In this document: positions 14,348 through 26,600 of the stretch, piece by piece
Numbering within the stretch: position 1 is the first letter of the stretch
Layout of the letters: each line of letters begins with the position of its first letter
Origin: Amphiscolops sp. MND2022
Taxonomy: Eukaryota
NCBI GenBank assembly: GCA_964187785.1
Contig: OZ076413.1
Location: 50,532,001 to 50,596,000, forward strand
Reading direction: 5' to 3'
DNA length: 64,000 bases
Notes under the pieces: model-generated
Told to the model about the DNA's origin: nothing
Database searches by the model: none
The model's input: the letters and a program-made list of their open reading frames with translations, nothing else
Position numbers and translations under genes: made by a program

Positions 14348-16229
14348 GATTCGAAGCTCACAAATCTCTTTCAAGCTTCAAAAAACTTCCCAGATTATTT
14401 CTTGAGTCTATTCATAACCTTAACTTGACCAATGGTACGAATTTGACACATTTGGTTTCTGTAAACTTCTAAACGCACCAGCTGATTGTATGATAAAGAA
14501 AACTCTTGAATAAGATTTTCAGACAATATGGCATAGCATTCCCAACGTTTTCACGGAATATTGGCATGATGTCTTCGAAATCAAGAAAATGGGACCAAAA
14601 AATCAACAAAAAATGAGCGCAGATTTTCCGTTTTTCCAGTTTTCGTTTCTGGTCCTTTTATCCCACTGGTATCAACATTGTGTCGAAGTGACACTAGCAT
14701 GTGTTGAAACATGCTGAAATGTAATCAGAGACACGACGCGTGCAAAGATTTGGCGCAAAGTCCGGAGCCGGGAAAAAGCCGTGAAAAAGCAGTTTAAAAA
14801 TTGATTTGAAAGCCCTGGTTCTCCTCTTTCGAACGCTCTATAAATCGTTCGTCGGACTTAAATAGTTTAGGAGATATTGCGGTTTAAAGTTTAAGCAACC
14901 CATTTTTCGATGATTCCTGAATTTTTCTGGTCAACTTAAGGTTAAAGTTTATATTGTTGGTTTTTGGAAAGAGTTGAAATATGGATCAAATGTTTCCAAT
15001 ACTGAATGATAAATCAACAGTTTTTGGTGTTATTTGTTAACTCGGATGTATCTAGCTTAGAATTTACAAAAGGTAATGTCTTCTAATCAAAGTTTGCATT
15101 CAACTAAAGATCAACAGTAAAATTCTTTGCCGAGGGCAAGCTTGATTGATGTGAACAAAATTTACTCGATGTAAATGATCTCATATTGTTTCAAAAATCT
15201 TATAAAATGTCATCCTCACAAAGTTCGAACATTTCCTTAACAATCTAAAATAATCAAGGTTGCACCGATGGCAGTTCATAGCAAATGATCTAACTCTTTA
15301 TGAAAGACACAATCATCTATATCAATTTCATTGCAAAAAGTGCAAAAAATTCACCACTGAACTCGAACGCATTCATGTTGATATGGAAGGATCATTTTCA
15401 GTTTCTGAAACGAGATCTGCGAAATTTAAATTTTTAATTGCGCGTTGTATTTTGTTGGTGCACTTTGTAGATCCCATTGTGCTGCTAAACACTAAACAGC
15501 ATTGAGTTTTCTCCACACATTTAATGAAAACTTTAAAATAAAAATTTAAAAAGATGGCGATTATCACCGATGCTCAAAACTCGTTAAAATGTTCGCATTG
15601 TGTGCAGGTATTACCGGCTCTGTCACAGCCTAGAATAGTTCATCGATGTTCCCGGGTCCAGGAATTTCTTAGATCTAAAATAAACTCGTAGACCTAAATG
15701 CACCCATCTTGCTCTAGTTATAATGGTTGGCTAACTAACGCGGTGGCATTGCGAAGTTTTTATACAATCTCCTGAAACGTCTTTTGAAAAAAATGCAGCT
15801 TCCAGCTTGAATCATTTGAGAAAATATTGTTGGAACATGTCAAATTAAAAAGTAGTTTATAGATCTGAAAACTAGTTATGCTACAACGCATTTAGAATTG
15901 CAAGCGTTCGAAAAATTGAAAATGTTTAAACTTTACTGGTACTTGTTGAAAAAAACTTCCGACTTCTTTTAATAAGGATACCGAGTAGCTAACTATTTCG
16001 TCGCACACACGTCAAAAATCTATGCACAAATTGCGTGAAAATGTCAAAATGGAAACATTTGATTCTTTGTGGTACTGTGGTAGAGCTCATGCTCTCAATC
16101 AAAAAGAATATTGGCACCAGTTAACATCTAGGAGTTTTGAGTGAACAAGACAAGTTTAGTTTGAGACCACCTAGGTTCTTTCTCATCATATTGTCGTTGT
16201 TCAAAACACTTGCGATTGAAACATTTCCC

Positions 16230-16530
16230 TTGATTGAGGCTCCAGTCTACAACGCGAGCATCTTCATTTCATAGTTGAAAGAAGATCTGATCCTCGTTAT
16301 CTTCAGCCGTTGCGTTGTTACCAATGTTTTGGGATGCGCTAGATGTTTCACATAAAACAGAATGGAAAAAGTAGCTCGACTTATTCACGGTGGCATTGAC
16401 GGCAAACTAATTAATCTCAGTGAGTGAGCTAAAGCCAAAACCGACGCTAAGAGCATATACAGTGACAGTTCTAATGATCAACATGAATGAAGAAGCGGCT
16501 TAATAAAAGGTAAAGAGCGTTCTCTTTTCA
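16230..16530 (+). pseudogene. Highly degenerate remnant of a DDE integrase-like transposase
   Basis: IHGGIDGK at 16383 plus weak flanking motifs (GSSLQRE...DP; G.KSV) recalled from eukaryotic integrase-core transposases; no ORF. Confidence 0.3.
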
Positions 16531-17329
16531 ACCATTGATGCAGGCTGCCACCTGCGATGGCAACCTCTCCTCGATATACAACAGCTACCACAGGGCCCAG
16601 TCGGAAACGATTCCTCTTAACTGAATGGAAACACGCAATCCAAAAATTAGTAACTACAACTAGCAGCTTTGTTTTATATTAGTTTGATGTTAATGTTTTG
16701 TTTAATAATGGAAATCGAATTAAAATCGTACTGAATGACGGAATAAATCCATCTCGGCTCAGATTAGCATTGTCAAGTTGATATTTTTTTGCTTCAGTAT
16801 ATTTATACATGTACAATATCTCTGCATTGTTAATAGTTGGACACCAAGGAGTACAGGCAGAGGAAACGTTTTCAAATGTTTCCACGCCTGTCGCCGTCGA
16901 CACCCTGTCCAAAATTCATTTAAGCCAATCACATTCTTTTGGTGCTTTATTCTAACTGAAGTGCTGTAATTTAAAGGCCACCGAGGCTACTCGCCTTACG
17001 TCATCAATCAAATATGATGAGTGGACACCAACATAAATAATAGGTGCTGTTTAATGTATAATTTGTTACATTCAGACAGCAATCTATTGGTACTAGGTGG
17101 CCTTTCAATATTGCGAGTGTTATGTTGAAAAATATGAAAACTCAATGTACACTTTTTCTCAGGTAAAATACAGCTACATGTAAATCTACATGAAATGTTG
17201 AATTAGATTACATGGATTGTTGCTTGTCCTTGGAGGACGCATGAATAATTATTTATGCCTCCACGTCATCAATCACCTGCGTCGGCAGGCCATTACTTTG
17301 AAGTTACCTTGTAAACAAAACGTGAATGT

Positions 17330-18920
17330 TATTTTCCGCCCATATTTCACATGGGAAATGTAACTTCCAGCAAAGGACGTTGTATCAAATTTTGAAAATT
17401 TCGTTGAAATTCAAAAAATGTGCGATATCAAATCCGATCATTCAAAATAGCCGACCAAGCAGGTCCCCAAAAAAAGCCAGAAAAAAGGACAAAAAAAGAT
17501 GCAACAAAAAACCCCGGAACCCCCGAAAAGCCCTCGAGATCCCAGAAAACAGTGTCAGAGACCCCAGAGGAGCTGTTAACTGCCAGAAAAACGCGGTTTT
17601 GTGCCATCTCTCCAAAAAATGCCTCAGAAGAAAGGAAAATATTTTCGAAGGTTGCCCAAAAACCCTTAAAACTAGATACAAACCTTGAATGTGACAAATT
17701 TTAGTTTGTTTTGATGTTTTTGATGTTGTTTAGCAGATTTGCGATGATAGTGGATCTACTAGATCCCTATTTTAGTGGATTTAGAACTTATTCCCCAATA
17801 AAATGTATTTCAGCTAGACCTTATTTTTTGGACCTCGGAAGTATATAGGAGGGCGCAGGAACCTTAGGAAACAATTTTACATGCTTGTGGGGCGTGTCTG
17901 GACTTTGAGTGTGCCGGCACGTCGCCACGGAGCTCTAACTAGAGGAGCCTCCTTTGACGAAAAGAAAGTCCCCTAGGAGACCTTTAGGGACGAAAAACTA
18001 GTGTTCAGGTTGTTGTAGGACCATGGTCTCCTAACTGGGCATCCTGGGCATTGTTCCCATTCTAGAATGTAGCTGCTAGCTTGACGTTACAAAAGGAAAA
18101 TATTTGAATCAAACGGTTTTTTTTACAAAATTTGCAAAGAATTAATTTCTCCGAAACTAAACTTAACTTTATGGGTGTTACCCATAAAATTCAACTCACA
18201 TAAAATTAGCTTGGTGCGACATGTATTTGTGGAGATTTCTGGATTTTTTTTAGTTCATCCCAAGGACCCCAGAAAGACCCAAAAAAGAGAAACTTTCATA
18301 AATTTCCAGTTTTTCTACGTTTCAATGCCATTTTTTGATAGATATCGTCAATTAGAATTTCGAAAACGATCAACAAGGCACAAAATCGTTGTCCAGTAGT
18401 CTCTTATGGTGAGATAATTGCTGTTTTCTAAATGAAAAAGATCTCGAAAAGACACCAAAAATGACAAAAAGCCAAAAATTTTCCGATTTTTAACGTTTGT
18501 GTGCAATTTTTGTCAAATTTTCGATAAAATTCCTATATTAAAATGTTGAAAACGCTCAAAATGGCCCAAATTTGTTGTCCAGCAAACTTTTGTGAAGAGA
18601 TAATGGCTGTTTTCTAAATGAAAAATTTCTAAAATTGTCACCGAAAAATACAAAATCCAAAAAAGTTACATTTTTCAAAATTTTAATGCAAATTTTGTCA
18701 AATTTTCGACAGAGTTCGTGGATCAGAATGTTGAAAACGCACAACATGGCACAAATTGGTTGTCCATTAGGCTTTTCCGGAAAGATAACTGCTGTTTATG
18801 AAAAGAAAAAACCTCAAATTGACACCGAAAATGACAAAAACTCAAAATTTTTCGTTTTTCAGTTTTTATGGACTTTTTGTCAAATTTTTGACCAACTTCG
18901 TGGATTGGAATGTTGAGAAA
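17330..18920 (+). mobile_element. 5' part of HINE-like family 2 element interrupted by an LTR at 17359-18091 and truncated at ~18920
   Basis: Starts TATTTTCCGCCCATATTTCACATGGGAAA. The sequence after the LTR continues as in the uninterrupted minus-strand copy ending at ~47585; contains ~185-bp subrepeats. Confidence 0.65.
17359..18091 (+). mobile_element. LTR (~733 bp; solo-like copy) of the large Gypsy element
   Basis: TGTAACTTCCAGC...GCTTGACGTTACA inverted termini; closely similar to 34650-35383; flanked by AAA on both sides; TATA-like GTATATAGG at ~17841. Confidence 0.8.
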
Positions 18921-18934
18921 CTTCGTAATTTTTT

Positions 18935-19420
18935 GAAAGATGGTACGGCCAGTGGGAATACCATAAAACCGTTCCATTAGACCTACCAGGTCAGGAACAG
19001 AAAAGTTTGCCAGGCTAAATTGCCAAAAACAGAAAAACTTAGCGATTTTTGGTTGAAAACGTCAATTTTGTACTTTGAGACGTTCGTCTTTCTCAGAGCG
19101 TTGCGAGCCACCTAAAACTCTTTTTCCCGAGCCAGATATTGAAAAAAACGTTATCTTCAAGCAGTTTTTTGAGACCCTCCAACGAGATATTTAATAAGCT
19201 ACCAGCCAATTTTAATTGTTACATACAATAGCCGCCTATCGGTCATCATTAGTTACAAAAGCCAAACTTTTCAGAAGAGATTACGGCCAGTGGAAATACA
19301 ATAAAAACGTTCCATTAGACCTGCTAGGTCGGGAACAGAAAAACTTGTTTGGCTAAATTGTTGAAACATCGATAAATTGAGCGTTTTTTGTTGAAAAAAC
19401 ATCAATTTTGGCCTAAAAGA
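18935..19420 (+). repeat. Diverged direct repeat pair (~18935-19090 and ~19270-19420)
   Basis: TACGGCCAGTGG.AATAC.ATAAAA.CGTTCCATTAGACCT..AGGTC.GGAACAGAAAA occurs twice, ~337 bp apart. Confidence 0.7.
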
Positions 19421-21473
19421 CCAAACTTGGTGAGGGCGAAGCTTTGGGCATTTATTCCCAAGCTTTTAGATCAACCCAAAAACGTTGTTCCCGAGCTTGG
19501 TAGTATAAAACATTACTGCTAAGACAATTTTTAGCATTCCCAATAAAAATTGAAACTTTAACCCGTGATTTTCTTTGATATACATAGACCTGAGTAGAGG
19601 ACCCATTAGACCTGAGAGTTATAACATCAAAACTAATAAATGAAACAACCCCAGTCCCGTGAACAAAGTTATTACACCTTATTATGTTACGTTCAGAACT
19701 ACCCTGAACATCTGGGAACCGAGAAATAAAAAGTTCCTAGGGAAATTTCGTATTTTTCACATTGTTCCCAGGGTGTAAAAGGTGTAACTTGAAAATTTCT
19801 TATGAGACCCTCTTTGGAACTTACCAGGTTTTGCTTGCCTGTTTTCTGTTAATATAAAGTATAATGTTGCAAACGCAGAAAACCGCGAGTGGTTCCAACT
19901 AGTGGTTGCCGAGAAATAGCCAAAAACGCACTATTTCAGTGACAATTTCGGAACAATGGTGTAGTGATCCTAAGGCAGGTCGAAATCTCTTCTAATGAAT
20001 GCACCTCTAAACGTATTGCACCATTGTAAAGACCGCAAAAGGTTACGTTAGTGGTGTAAGTTTCGTTGCGCTAGCGTAGATAGTGATAGAGAAAACTTAG
20101 CTGAAGTTTTGCTCAAAAAGTGTACGAAATTGTAGAAAAAATCGAATTTTAGTTGAGCATAGTGCAAAACCTTGCAGGTATCCCAGCACTGAAATTGTTG
20201 CGTTTTCGTACGTACGGAACTAGATCCCGACGATTTTTGTATTTTGAGCAGCCAATAGCTAGCCAAAGCTGAGAAATTGACATTTTTGTGAATTTTGACC
20301 CGAAAAAGTGGTACCTCAGGTACATCAAGATTTTGTCGAACCCAATCGCCAGGTTTTGATCCAGGCACTTCACCGTTATGTTTTTCTGTTACGTGGACAT
20401 AATATACGCTCGCATACAAAAGTTCAGGTAGCTAGGTCGCCTAGAAGGCGAGTTTGACTAACTTTTGTGAATTTCACGACATTGTCAATATTTCAGTGAA
20501 CATTGTTAAGTGACCGTACCACCCACAGAGTCATTTTTGGCGCATTCGGAGGTTAAGTCCCGCCGATTTGGCTAGTGCAGTATTTGGTGTGAAATTTTCA
20601 GGACCCTAGTTGACCCCGAGATCTAGGTTTCCTGAGAAAACGGCCTACGAGACATAGAGGTGAAAAACCAAAAATCGAAACTCGCCTCATGACAGCTACC
20701 AAAGTCACCTAAGTGCAATTTTTCCGTAGTGAACACGCATGATGCGTGCCCTCTGTACCCTGTGGGTGCTGAAACATGTTTATAGGTACTTTTTGAGGTT
20801 CAGACTCTCAACGCAGTGTGTCTCGCGACAGAATAACAAGTACAAAAGCATCTGTAAACATTAGGAACTGCGTTCTCCTTGATCGTGCTACGAGCGGAAT
20901 AGTAACAATTTCTCTTTAGCAAGTATCCTAGTACCTAGTACCTACTCATCCCCAAGTTCTATCCCCAGTGCCCCCTTTCAGTAGCAACCCCACTTGTGCT
21001 CTCTAACCAAAGGGCAGTGCGAGTAACCTAGGATACGTTCAAGGCGTAAACGTGGTGATCACTTGTCCAATCTTCGCAAGACTAGTTCAGCCCGCCAAAA
21101 GTTTTCTGTTCGCACCAACCGCATTGCCCGTGGCTGGAATAAACTTAGATTAGTGTGTAGTTAACTTTAGTAGTTTTACGTAATCATACTATAAAAAAAC
21201 TACTTTGCGTAGAAAAACTATCACCAGTCTGTGGAGAAGCAACCTTTTTGTTTTGATTAGTGGTGGTTAGCACCAGTGCATGTAATCTAGTGATTGTAGT
21301 TTGTAAGCTAGCTGCTTTCGACACCCAACCTAGTAGGCAATTACGAGCTGCAAGCTCCAGAATGTAGTGGTCCAATAGTTTAGTTCGAATAGTAGCAAGG
21401 GAGCACATTTAAAAACTTCCTAATTTTGTTTGTGTTGCACTAATTTTTTTCACGAAGAAGGAAGGAGTGAGTA

Positions 21474-23651
21474 ATGAGAAAAGCCAAAGCCTTACTCAAA
21501 AGCTTAGTTGCTAGAGAAAACGGCAGTCAGAGCAAACATTCGAGTATGAACTCAGACGATCATTTGAGATCCTTGAAGGAATCGAACAGTCACCCAGGAA
21601 ACTTCCATGTTACGAATCCATTTGCAAGCGATGTAGAGACGTTGTCCAGGCTTAGTGCACGTGCTGAGACCGCAACGGATGACTTGATTGCAAGCATGTT
21701 TTTAGACGTCACGTCTGATAATGTATTCAACGCTGAGCAGAGTTCGCAAATGGCTCATACCAGCCGACCAAACTCCTCGCAAGCATCTCCGAATAGAGCA
21801 AATTTTGTAGATGGCCCTACCATAAACCTCGATAGTGTTTGGCCATCTCTGGATGCTTCTTTGATTGCTTGGGAAAACAAGCTAAACTCGAACAGAGAAC
21901 AAAAAGTTAGCTCGAACATCAGTGAGTGGGTACAAAGTAGGAGTGTAGGCACAACGTTAGGCAGAGCCACACCAGAGTTGAGCATACGAGAGGAACCGCT
22001 GGGTTCTGGAGTTCCAGTGTTTAGTGCTGACAAGAACCCATTCGTAGACACTTCAGTTACTCCGACAGGAAGTCAGCTGGGAAAGGAGAAGACAAAAATT
22101 GAGGTGGATCCTCTGACATACACTTTTAACAAGTCACTGCTGTTAGGTCCCAGCACACTACGACTAGAACGCACGATAAACTCTCGATGCTCTAGGCCAG
22201 ATAGTGATGTTATTTCACCGAGTTCGACCATCACTAGAGGCATCAACAAAACGGAAGCCATAAGAGAGGACTTTGGACAGAGCTTGACACAATTGAAACA
22301 GGAACAGGCCAAGTTGACGCAAGACAATAATGCCCATGCTCAGCGAACTGAAGTCTTAATGAAGGAAATGGCGGAACTGAAAAAGGATTGATTGAAATGA
22401 GGATGGAGGGACGCCTCAGCCAGGACAAGCTAGAATCGTCAATCGCGTCGATGAACGACCTAGTTAGACAACGAGATAGTCTGACCGAAAGGCACATATT
22501 TGAAATGACAGCGCAAATGGCAACAAGAGATCAACAGGTCGATGAACGTCAAAGGTCATGAACGGAACGATGCATCGTAGAGACATAGAAGTCGAAAAGC
22601 GTATGATGGACCTTATGACTACAGTTCAGGATTCAACCCTAGGTGTAAAAGATGTAGTGGTGGCGACACTAAGTCGTCCTTCACCTGTGCCAGTGGCACT
22701 AAACCCTGCGAATGCACCATCCGCAAGTGCATTTTCAACTACGCAACAGCCCACCTATCAAGAAACAGTTCAGCGCCACAGTGGCACACCCAGGACATCC
22801 TGAAAGTGACACACCCAGGACAGTACAAAGAAAAGTACTAGCTGAAGCGAGTTCCACTGCAATGTCTAAAGGTTTGGAACTGCTGCTAGCGACTAAAGAA
22901 ACCAAAAAACAAGCCAACCAAGTATCGCGGTACGTGTGATGGCAATTTTGATGGTTGGATGATGTTAATGAAACGCTATTTGGAGAAAGTGCACGCGAAG
23001 GACACTCCTTTAGACAAAGCATGACGATAGTTGAGTTCTTGAATTATGAAGCAAGAGATTCTATCACGAACAAGTGTGAGGCTGAGCGAGACACAGATGA
23101 GAAAGTCTTCGCGCTGCAAGCGCGCCGGTTCGGAACGGGAGCTAGCATATCCATATACAACAGCAATTCCGTACGCGCAACCAGACTAGTGATGAGGCCT
23201 ACATGCAATACCTCGATGCCCTTGAGTGCTTACGCAGCCAAGGATTCCGAATGAAGAAATAGCGCTGCGACGAAATGAGATTATGCAAAAATTCAATGAA
23301 AGAGTCCGTAGTTTTGAACTGAAGCGTAACCTAGACTTGATGTATGCGCAAGAGAAGTACGTTGAGGAACCACCTACGGTGGAAGCATTACGATTCACGG
23401 TACAGCAAGACCTGAGTATGCGTGGCTCCGCTCGCACTGATCATTATCTGGCAGTACCGCAACAGCAAGCTCCTCCGCAAAATGAACTAAATCAAGCTCA
23501 ACAGAAGACCGATCCTCCGTTGATACCCAGCGCACAGCAGGCACCTCCGGCGCCAGTGGCTTTTAGACAGCAACCGCCTAGAGTGTGTTTCAATTGTGGC
23601 GATCGGCCATATTTTGAAGCTGATTGCCCTGTGAAAGATCGAGCACGATAA
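21474..23651 (+). pseudogene. gag: Gypsy gag (fragmented by stops and frameshifts)
   Basis: Consecutive ORF fragments with a coiled-coil region, QQAPP-rich linker and degenerate CCHC knuckle. Confidence 0.75.
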
Positions 23652-23654
23652 CCT

Positions 23655-26600
23655 GTGCAAGAACTAAGTAATTCATGTCGAACGAACTCACCCGGAAAAT
23701 GGACTTGTCCATTGAACCCACATGGCATGAACAAGGACACTTTACCCGTTACTTTACAAGTACAAGGAACGGAAACTATTGGCGTCCATTGCCGTTGTAC
23801 GAGCCACAAGGAATCTGAGAGCATGATGCCAGAGAAAGCAACAACGGAAAAACAAGTAAAAGCGGCGAGGTACGCCACGGTCATGATCCCCGCAGAAGTC
23901 ACTGATTCACACGAGCATGTCAGGGTGATCTCGATATCGGAGGAACGAGGCCCGTCGCGTCCTGTAGTCGTGACATGCGATGAGAAAAAGATCCTCACGA
24001 CGCTTGAAGCCCCGGCACCTGACTGCACTGAGATTCGTATCTCAATTCACTTGCTGCTGTCAGCACAACAAAAAGCGCGTCCTAACGTAACCTTATCCCA
24101 ATTGAAAGAGGAACTTTGTCGTAACACCAATCTGACTCTAGCTTCAAGACCATTGCAACATTTCAGCAGAAAAGATGAGACCAAGCTAGCCCAGGTGCAA
24201 AAGGTCAAAACAATCGCGCCAGTCCCCATAGCAATCAATGTCGATGGTGTCGACATGAGTTTCGATGCGATTGTTGTCCTGGAAGGACACTTTCCGCAAG
24301 GCTTGTACTTGTGCAGGCAAGAGTTACGCTCCTATAATTTCGGGGTGCAGGATGCACCAGGTGAGGCACGGATAGACGAGAGAGCCTCGCTGGTTGTTGA
24401 ATTCGGTACTCCTATGCAGAAGCCGATACAACTTTTCGGCATGATAGACACCGGTTGGGGAGTCTCCATTCTTTCTCTTATGCATACAAGGAAATCGCAT
24501 CCACGCATGAGCTGAGTCTGTCACCATACGACGTCGAGTTGTACGCTGCCAATGGCAAAAGCATCACCACCGTCGGTATCACCGAGGATGTAAGCTTCCA
24601 GCTAAGTGGGCATACCCTGAAGACCAATTTCGTAGTCATCGCTGATCACATCGGTTCTGAAGATTTTCTCCTGGGTCGTAACTTCTTGCGTACGTACAAC
24701 GTGCTGGTGGACCTGACTGCCAAGAATGTAACCACCCGAAACCCTAAATCGCCTAGGATCTTCAAGGCAGTTCATGAGTTTCCTCGGCAATCACTTTAGG
24801 GCCTTTTGAACGAAAAGTCGTACGCGCAGAGATAACAACACAACAGACTGATGAGTTAATTTTCGTAATGTAATGGTGCACCCAAGTAGTTTTAAGTCCG
24901 GCTCGTTATTCGTTCCAGAAGATACACTAACTTCCGTGGCTGAAGACGGTGTACTTTTCTTAGTCCTAAGAAACCAAACAGCTAAAGAAAGGGTAAGAAT
25001 TTGAGAACAAATTGTAGTCGGAAAAGCGGTGCTCACCACTTTTGTGTTGAACCCTGTTCACATTGAAGATAATTGCAAAGCTTCGGAGCTTCCAGCTGAA
25101 TTTGTAAACAGAGTGCGCAGAGAGTTAGATTTGGACACTAGTTCAGAATTTAGTTCCTTTGCACAGAGTTTTTGGTCTTCGACTAAGATGTCAGAAATTG
25201 GTCTCTCGGAAAATGAGAAGCGGGAAAGGACAGATCCACAGTTGTTGAAGAACATCCCAGGCCCTGATCACTCGTCCGTCCTTTCGTCTTGGGGGGCAGG
25301 GGCGAGAGATAGGCTGCAAGGCATCTTGAATGAGTACGAGGACCTTTTCATGAAAAATAAAGCCGACATAGGTCGCTGCAGCAAAACGCCGAATTGAGTT
25401 AGAGACAGAGGCTGTGCCTCACCGAGAAGAAACCAGGCGCATGTCCCCGGACAAGCCGTCAAAGCAAACCAGGAAGTACAAAACTTGCTTGCATTGGGAC
25501 TGATTCAACCCTCCTACTCGCCATGGGCCAGCGGCATAGTCATGGTGAAGAAGAAGATAAGCGAGCTTCGCTTCTGTTGCGACTTCCGCCCATTGAATGA
25601 TGAAACCGTAAAAGACGCATTTCCCCTCCCCAGAATTGATGAGAGCCTCTCTGGGATCCGTAATGCCAAGATCTTTACCAGCATTGACCTGGCATGGGCC
25701 TTCTGGCAAATGCCACTCAAGAAACGCGACCGAAAAAAGACAGCATTTGCCTGTGAACTAGGCCTGTTTGAATGGCGGCGCATGCCCTTTGGGCTATGCA
25801 ATGCCTCATCAACGTTTCAACCCTCCATCACCAGAGCCCTGCAGAAGATTCAACAGCGACATGGAAGTGTTGTCATGGCATACATTGACGACATAGTCAT
25901 CTCGACAGAGACTGTCGAGGACCATTTGGAGAGAATCAAGGAAATGCTTGAGTGTTTCAGAGAGGCAGGCTTCAAGATGCGGGCTGAGGAGTGCGATTTC
26001 ATGCGCACAGAAACTAAATACCGCGGACGAGTAGTTTCAGCCGAAGGCATTAAACCAGACCCGGCAGCCGTCAGCAAGGTTCAGGACTGGATGCCCCCGG
26101 GGAATAAAGAGGAGCTACAAAGCCTCCTCGGATTTGCTAACTACTACCGAGACTTCATTCCTTTTCATGCTGCTAAGGTACAACATATGCAGGAGTCGTT
26201 GAAGAAAAACCAACACTTCAATTGGAACGAGAAGCATCAAGAAGCGTTTGACTCAGTGAAACGGGCATTAGCCGATGCCGCAGCTTTGGCCTCGCCTAAC
26301 GAAGGAGGACGTTTTGTTTTAGATACGGATGCCAGCGCAGTTGCGCCAGCCGGAATCCTTCACCAAGAACTGGAATATAATGGAAAGACCATTCTTCCTC
26401 CTATCGTTTACGGTAGCAAGTCACTGACTGGAACACAAGTGAATTACGGCGCCCCGAAGTTAGAAATGTATGCAGTGTCTATTTCATCGAGAAATTCCAT
26501 TCGTACCTTGCAGGTCGAGGATTCACGCTGCGCGTGGATAACCAGGCTCTCTCGTGGCTGAAGACGTACTCAATGGATCAGGCCATGATCGGACGCTGGA

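Noticed and set aside
17359..18920. A single 1.56-kb LTR
   Set aside because: Inverted termini delimit ~733 bp, and the extra 830 bp belongs to the HINE-like repeat that is seen uninterrupted near 47585
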